The notes under the pieces were generated by a model. That model searched no databases. It saw nothing but the letters and a program-made list of their open reading frames with translations, and had not been told where the DNA came from. From Geotalea uraniireducens Rf4 (GTDB lineage: Bacteria > Desulfobacterota > Desulfuromonadia > Geobacterales > Geobacteraceae), in the NCBI RefSeq assembly GCF_000016745.1, contig NC_009483.1, forward strand, positions 60,001-92,000: DNA of 32,000 nucleotides. The letters run 5' to 3'. Below, in pieces: positions 25,321 to 32,000 of the stretch; within the stretch, counting starts at the first letter, position 1; every line of letters starts with the position of its first letter. The position numbers were made by a program, and so were the translations under genes.

Positions 25321-26377
25321 CCTGATTGGCCCTCATCTTCAGCCAATGGAGAAAAGGACGTATTCTGTCACATGTCTAGAGTAGTGTCATAGTGAAATAA
25401 GCCAAGGAGGCCACTATGACGAAGAATCACTTTCAGTTTCAACAAGGGCTCAGCTTGAACGACTTTTTGTACAGCTATGGCACTGAAGAGCAATGTTCAG
25501 CGATCTTGGAAAAGAGCCGCTGGCCCCAGGGTTTCAAATGTCCTTCCTGTCAGAGTACCAGCCACTGTGTAGTCTGGCATGCACAAGTCAAAACATTTCA
25601 GTGCAATCGGTGTCATACCCAGACAACGCTGACCGCAGGCTCGATTTTTCACTCAACCAAGTTGCCGCTGGTCCAATGGTTTCAGGCCATGTACTTTCTC
25701 ACGCAAACCAAGAACAATGTCTCGGCTCTGGAGTTGAAGCGCCTGATCGGTGTTTGCTACAAAACCGCATGGCGTGTGAAGCACAAGCTCATGCAAGTTA
25801 TGGTTGAACAGGAGCAGGACACGATTTTGCTCGGCCGGGTCGAAGTAGATGATGCCTACCTGGGTGGAGAAAACCCAGGAGGCAAGGCCGGGCGAGGTTC
25901 GGAAAACAAGACGCCGTTTATTGCTGCTGTTGAAACCAATGAAAAGGGCCATCCACTTCGTGCTGTGTTTACAAAGGTGCCAGCCTTTAACCGCGAAGTA
26001 GTCACCGAATGGGCAAAACGGTCACTGTCAGCTTCAGCGACAGTGGTAAGCGACGGACTGGCCTGCTTTCGTGCAGTTACCGAGGCTGGATGTTTCCATA
26101 CCCCAACCATTGTCGGGAAGAAACGCAAGAGTACCGACATTGTGTGTTTCAATTGGGTCAATACCATTCTCGGCAACCTCAAGACGTCGATCTCTGGAAC
26201 GTACCATGCATTTGATTTCGAAAAGTATGGAACTCGTTACCTGGCTGAGGTTCAATACCGATTCAACCGCCGGAAGGATCTGCGCGGCATGCTCTCGCGA
26301 CTGATCTCGGCGGCGGCTACTACTGGCAAGCATCCCGAGCACAATCTCAGACTGGCTGAAGATTGGCGCTAATCAGG
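25321..26377 (+). mobile_element. IS1595-family insertion sequence (1057 bp)
   Basis: The imperfect inverted repeats CCTGATTGGCCCTCATCTTCAGCCAAT and (reverse complement) CCTGATTAGCGCCAATCTTCAGCCAGT match at 22 of 27 positions. A perfect 8-bp target duplication ATGTGGAA lies at 25313-25320 and 26378-26385. Confidence 0.9.
25416..26372 (+). CDS. IS1595-family (ISXO2-like) DDE transposase with N-terminal zinc ribbon
   Basis: The product is 318 aa. The zinc ribbon is CPSCQS...CNRCH. LPLVQWFQAMYFL...ALELKRLIGVCYKTAWRVKHKL and VEVDDAYLGGE are characteristic of ISXO2-like transposases. The SD is AAGGAGG upstream. Confidence 0.88.
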   Translation: MTKNHFQFQQGLSLNDFLYSYGTEEQCSAILEKSRWPQGFKCPSCQSTSHCVVWHAQVKTFQCNRCHTQTTLTAGSIFHSTKLPLVQWFQAMYFLTQTKNNVSALELKRLIGVCYKTAWRVKHKLMQVMVEQEQDTILLGRVEVDDAYLGGENPGGKAGRGSENKTPFIAAVETNEKGHPLRAVFTKVPAFNREVVTEWAKRSLSASATVVSDGLACFRAVTEAGCFHTPTIVGKKRKSTDIVCFNWVNTILGNLKTSISGTYHAFDFEKYGTRYLAEVQYRFNRRKDLRGMLSRLISAAATTGKHPEHNLRLAEDWR

Positions 26378-29300
26378 ATGTGGAATGAAAGCCCCTATTC
26401 AAAAGAGGTTTTCGCTGTTCCAAGTGACACCCTGCCGCCTGATAAACCGATCCTCCATTATCCATCCGTTACAGGGATCCCGGCTGTTGTCTATGACGGA
26501 CTGGCCGATGTCGCAGGCTTTACCGAACCGGGTGCCAATGTCTTTATTTTCAAGGAAGGTGAAAAGGTTGGTGAGGCAGTCGCTCTTGCTTCGCACTTGG
26601 TAGAGAGCAAATCCTTTTCTTTCTCCGGGAGTGACATAGCTTTTTCACTTGATGGAACATCGGCAGCGTACACTTTATTCAACAACGTGTACGAGAAAAA
26701 CTTGTCAACAGGTGTTGAGACTCTATTGGCAGAAAGTGCACGTAATCCCGTTTGGAATGCGGCTGGCGACAAAATAGCCATGCAGTTTTACGATTCAAGG
26801 GGGAATGACCGGATCGCTGTCTTTGACGTGCATACGGTAAAAATGACACCGTTGACAGCAGGTCTGTATGTCTATGAACAGACCCCCGCATGGTCGGCAG
26901 ATGGGACAAAGGTGATTTTCACCAGCAACAAAAATGGCTATCAGGAAATCTGGTCAAAGGACCTCATTTCTGGTGCGGAAACACAGGTAACACATGGTGT
27001 TTTTGCCTACAATCCGAAACCGTCCCAGGATGGAAGCAGAATCGCATTCTTCGATGGTTCTACACTGAAGGTAATTGATTTACAAACTGCTGTGACAACT
27101 CTGGTAGGAACTGCCAATCAAAATACCCATAACTGGTCTGCTGATGGGAAAAGGATCTCGTTCAGGGCAAATAAAGGAACAGGTTACAGCATCTTCAGCT
27201 ACGATTTGATGACAGGCCAAACGAGCGAAGTTGCTGCTTCGGTGCACTACTCTATTATTCCAAGTTGGTCTCCTGACGGTAGTGAAATACTATTCGCGAA
27301 GGCTGAACCTGGTGGGGGGTACGCCCTGCTTGCCTCTACTCTGACCGGAGAATCTCGGCTGGTTAAGAAAGTAACGGGGAACATCACCTATGCCAACTGG
27401 GAGAAGGATGGAAGGATATGGTGTCTAGAATATGGTACTTTGCATTCGGCCTATCTTGCCGGGCATTTCGCCCTAAAGGGCATCCGGCTTGATCAGGGAG
27501 AAAACACTTTCAGTTCAGTTGCAGTGGATGCAGCCGGAAATGCAAGTCAAGTTTCAGAGGAGATCACAGTCAGATATGATACTGCTTTCCTTCCTGACGT
27601 AGTCCCTGTGAACTTAACCGCCTACCCAACTACCCCGAAACCATCCGAGAATGTACTGTTGCAGGCGGCGGTCAAAAACCTCAGCAATGTGGCAATCGAC
27701 AATGTGGAGGCTTCCCTCTATCTGTGGGATCCGGCAGGAGATCTGAAACTGCTGAAATCTGACGTTATACCCCATATGGAAGGGGGCGCAGAGGAAACCA
27801 TAGGGGGAAGTTTTATCCTTGGCAGTCTCACCGGGACCTACTCAGTGATTGCCATTCTGGATCCTGCAGATAAGGTCACCGAGCTCGACGAGACAAACAA
27901 CTACATCTCTAAGGAAATTTATGTAACTGACAAGGATGGACTAATTGTTACGGCGTCGGTCAATGTGCCTCAATATACCGCCGGACAGGATGTCGGCATT
28001 ACCATGGAGGTTCGCAACAACGGTGCCGCCGCCGAGGCTGATTATGACGGTTTCATAGAAGACGAAGCCGGCAATACGGTTTATACATTCGACAGATCGC
28101 ACGTCAGTCTTTCTTACGGCGGGCGTCAAACCATCTCTTTAAAATGGAACACCGGCTCTACCTTCGCAGGGTGTTATCACGTCCATTGGAAACAGACTAC
28201 AGCCGCCATGGAAGGGGTAGTGCCGTTTGCCATTCTGCCTGAAATAATAGTAACGACAACGGCCGTTTCCGACAGAACTGCCTATGCTCCGTTTGACAAT
28301 GTCTCACTCGACGTTACCGTGCGAAACGACGGAAGGAACTACATCGTGCCGCAATTCCAGGTAAAGACAAGCATTTTTGATTCTGGAAATAAGCTTCTCT
28401 TCACCAACGATAAGAACGATGTAAATTTCTTTCCTGGAACGCTTGCTTCTCATTCCGAAATATGGAGCACCGGACTTGCACTGGCGGGAGATTACCGAGC
28501 TGTAGTCGAGACTTGGCTTGATGGAGCCATAGTATCGACCAAAACCGTACCTTTCAGGATAAACAGCATCGTCCAGCTCAGAGGAACAATCTCAACAACG
28601 CCTGCCGTCGTTTCGGCTGGCAACCATGCAACTGCCGAATTTACCCTGACCAACATCGGTAATGTCCCGGTTGATGGCCTTTTCAAAATCAACGTGATCG
28701 AACCGGATGTCCAAACCATCGTGGAGTCTTTCGATTACCCCATGGCCCTTGCGCTTAATGTGTCCGGTAAAGGGAGTATCGATATCCCAACGGAAGGGCT
28801 GAAGCTGAAGCCCTACATCGTCACCCTTGCCTCAACTGGCGCAGCGGGACAAAAGACCCTCGCCTCCGCTTCCTTCTCAGTAAAGGATGGAATCCCGCCG
28901 GTTCTTACCGTTATCTCGCCGAATCATGGAGGAATTTATGACTCTACCGTACAAGTTGCCGTAATTGCCGCAGATGCTCACAGCGGCGTGGACAAGGTTG
29001 AGTTCAGCATCGACAACAGCACATGGTTGCCGATGGCCGTTGCCGATCCGGCACTCGGCCGCTACATCGGTTCATGGCGCCAGCCGCAGGTTACCGCGAC
29101 CCATGTCGTTATATTCCGCGGGATTGACAGAGCGGGGAATACCGCAGTTTCTGGTCCAGTTCAATTCGTCATCGATACCGCACCACCAGAACTCCACGTC
29201 TCAACATTAAGCGACGGCTCCTATACGCGAAACGAGATCCTCAACGTTTCTGGAACCGTCACCGATGACACCGGCGTGAAGGAGCTTAAAATAAACAATG

Positions 29301-32000
29301 AAGTTGTTGCCGTGAACGCGGATGGCACCTTTAGCTACGCCATCGTTCTCCAGAGCGGACAAAACGTCCTCACCACCGTCACAACCGATGTTGCAAACCA
29401 CACCACCACTGACACCCGCACCATCTATCTCGACCAAAAGGCGCCGGTGATTAAGATCATAACCCCCGCTGACAACAGTAAGACCGCACAGCAGCAGATT
29501 GTGATCTCCGGGACCGTCGACGAGAATGCAACCGTGGAGATTATGTTCAAGGGGGTCTCCCCGCCTGTCAGCATGGAGGGGACCTCTTTCAGCGGCAGCA
29601 TTACCGCCGACTACGGACAGAACACCATCGAAGTCACCGCTACCGACTTGGCAGGAAATCGGAGCACCGAGAAGAGAAGTGTCATCTTCGACGACCTGGC
29701 GCCGTCGCTTTCGATTAAGCAGCCGGCCCAAGACATAAGGACAAATGTGCGCAGTATCGTGATTCAGGGCACCGTCTCAGACGCCCTCACGGCAGTCACC
29801 CTGGCTCTTACCTACAACGGCGAGACGTTCTATCCGGCTCTTGTCAACGGAGTATTCGAGCAGCCAGTGACATTTACTGAAGAGAAGCTCCATGCCGTCA
29901 CCATTACCGCAACCGACGAGGTTGGCAACACTTCAATCGTGACCAGGAACATCATTTACGACATAACGCCCCCGGCGTTAATCATAGATCCTGTCATAAG
30001 CCCAACGAACCAGGACAGCCAGCCCGTAAGCGGCACCAGGGAAGAGGGGGCATCGATTGTCGTATCCTGCGCAACGGCCACCGTTGGAGCTGTGGAATAC
30101 CCGACCTCCACCAGCTGGCGTGCCGCATTGGGCGGGCTGAGCGCAGGCATCAACACCATCAGCGTCTTTGCCTTGGATGCCGCCACAAACCAGAGCACGG
30201 CCACCACCCAGATTTTCTACGACACAACCCCTCCAGTCGGCAGCATTGCCATCAACAACGGAGCAGGAGCCACCGCCTCCAGTCAGGTCACCTTGACGCT
30301 TGCGGCAGGCGACGAGAGCGGTGTATCCAAGATGCGCATCAGTAACGATGGCAACGTATGGAGCGATCCAGAAAATTATGTCACAACTCGGGGCTGGTAC
30401 CTTACCCAAGGTGACGAACTCAAACGGGTTTACGTCTCCTATCAGGACCTGGCCGGCAATTGGTCTGTGCCCGTAGTCGCCGAAATTGTGCTCGACACCA
30501 CACCTCCTGCGCTCTCCGTCTCCCCTGCGGGAGGCATCTATAATACTGCCCGCAGTGTCATCCTCTCAGCCAATGAGCCTTCCGTCATCCGCTACACTGT
30601 CGATGGCTCCACACCCGATGCTACTTCGGTCGTCTACCAGACGCCGATTCAGATAGCAGCCAGCACAACCCTCCGCTTCTTGGCTATCGATAACGTCGGC
30701 AACGACAGTGAAGTGAAAACCGAAGACTACATAATCGACACCGTTCCGCCATCCCTCACTGTCTCCACCCTGGCCGATGGCGCCTACACCAACATCCAGG
30801 TACTCAACGTTGCCGGTTCAGCAACAGACTCCTCCGGAATCAAGTCACTCGTCATCAATGGTGTCGACATGGCGCTGAACCAGGACGGCAGCTTCAGTCA
30901 GGCTCTGGTGCTTCAACCAGGTCCCAACGCCCTAACCGTCGTCGTCACGGACCTGGCGGGCAACAACAGCACCGATGTCCGTATCATCAACCTGGACATG
31001 ACCGCGCCGTTGCTCACAATCATCGCTCCGGCCGACAACGCCAAGACCGCGTCGGCCATCATGAGCGTCACCGGGACAGTCAACGAGACCTCGACCGTCA
31101 CGGTCAAACTGGGGGCATCCGTCCAGCAGGCCGCCATGGACGGCACCGGATTCAGCGCCTCGGTCAGCCTGATCCCCGGCATCAACACCATCGAAGTCAC
31201 CGCAACCGATCTGGCCGGCAACACCAGCAGCCAGAAGCGGACGGTGATCTACGACGACCAGAAGCCGTCCCTGGCCGTCATCGATCCGCCCCAGGATATC
31301 CGCACCAACCAGTCCGGTTTGATCCTCATGGGTACTGCCTCCGATCCCTACACCCAGGTCGGCGTCACCATAACCATGGACGGGCAGAGCTACACGCCCC
31401 AGCTGGTCAACGACAGCTTCCAGCAGGCGCTCACCTTCACCCAGGAAAAGAGCTATGCCATCGTGGTTACCGCCGCCAACGAGGTGGGGAGCAGCACCAC
31501 GACCCAACGCAACGTCATCTACGACACCACCCCGCCGGCCCTGGCCATCAACCCGGTGCAAAGCCCGATCACAGCCAGTTCCGTACTGCTCAGCGGCACC
31601 AGGGAAACCGACCTCACGGTCACCGTCGCCTGCCCAACCGCGACGGTAGGCACGATCATCTACCCCACACCCACTACCTGGCAGATACAGGTGAGCGGCA
31701 TGTCGCTGGGCGAGCATATCGTCACTGCAGAGTCCACCGATACCGCCAACAACACCTCTATCGTATCGGTCAGGATCGTGGTGCAGCAATCTGGAGCGGA
31801 CATTGTCCTGACGCCGTCTCCAACGATCATTTGGCCACCCAATCACAAAATGGTGCCGGTTACCATCAACGGCGTGCTGAACGTGCCCCCTGCCGATCTC
31901 AAATCGCTGAATATCACCCTGACCGATGAATACGGCGAGTACAACTTCACGAAACTCACTTTGGGGAGCATCGTGCTTCTGGAGGCTTGGCGAAACGGCA
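26378..32000 (+). pseudogene. Giant surface protein, downstream segment (continues beyond window): PD40/TolB-like beta-propeller, CARDB-like and Ig-like domains, chitobiase-C-like domain
   Basis: This frame is absent from the ORF track because it has no stop in the window. I translated it by hand, and it is open from 26360 to 32000. PD40 repeats include WSADGTKVIFTSNKNGYQEIW, SQDGSRIAFF, WSADGKRISFRANK and WSPDGSEILFAK. A CARDB-like segment is LTAYPTTPKPSENVLLQAAVKNLSNVAIDNVEASLYLWD...ELDETNNY. The frame is continuous with 20217..25320 after IS excision. Confidence 0.8.

Noticed and set aside
25321-25384. C-terminal 21 residues of track ORF 20144..25384 (LIGPHLQPMEKRTYSVTCLE)
   Set aside because: They are encoded by the left inverted repeat of the IS1595 element and are not part of the native protein.
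26385-27078. Small ORFs listed in the track between 26385 and 27078 on both strands
   Set aside because: All overlap the hand-translated continuous frame that carries PD40 repeats. None has independent support.
1-32000. Defence-system hallmarks: reverse transcriptase/DGR, restriction-modification, toxin-antitoxin pairs, Cas genes and a phage integrase next to the tRNA
   Set aside because: None of the ORFs shows the corresponding motifs. The only enzymes outside the giant genes are transposases and the signalling and tadA genes.

Overview
The window has two parts. Bases 1-5701 look like core chromosome. They carry a signalling cluster, then tadA and tRNA-Ser(CGA). The cluster holds two paralogous sensor histidine kinases, a PstS-like periplasmic binding protein and a REC-PAS-GGDEF response regulator. 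From about 5702 to the right edge the region looks accessory and is heavily damaged by insertion sequences. It starts with an 800-bp non-coding stretch holding a 56-57-bp tandem repeat with perfect TGTAAAA/TTTTACA palindromes and a weak sigma-54-like -24/-12 box. Next comes a Sec-signal giant gene (6502-11754) with a transglutaminase-like core, invasin-like Ig domains and a C-terminal GxSxG alpha/beta-hydrolase. An IS3-family element splits the hydrolase domain, and its Asp/His-bearing tail continues at 13359-14018. The tail is followed by a translationally coupled lipoprotein gene. After that comes a second orphan tail fragment with a paralogous lipoprotein gene. This layout resembles polymorphic toxin/immunity arrays, and I consider it the best candidate for an undescribed system. 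An ISL3-family element carrying a nested IS21-family element (with an 83-aa passenger ORF), plus a 158-bp fragment of a second ISL3 copy, then truncates a second giant surface-protein gene. That gene is also split by an IS1595-family element. Removing the IS1595 element and one 8-bp target duplication gives one continuous frame of at least about 3,570 codons that runs off the window. It contains FlgD-Ig, Fn3, discoidin, PD40 beta-propeller and CARDB-like domains. All domain calls come from motif recognition by eye. No database searches were run. The kinase and GGDEF gene style suggests Geobacter or another Desulfuromonadales member, but this is only a guess.
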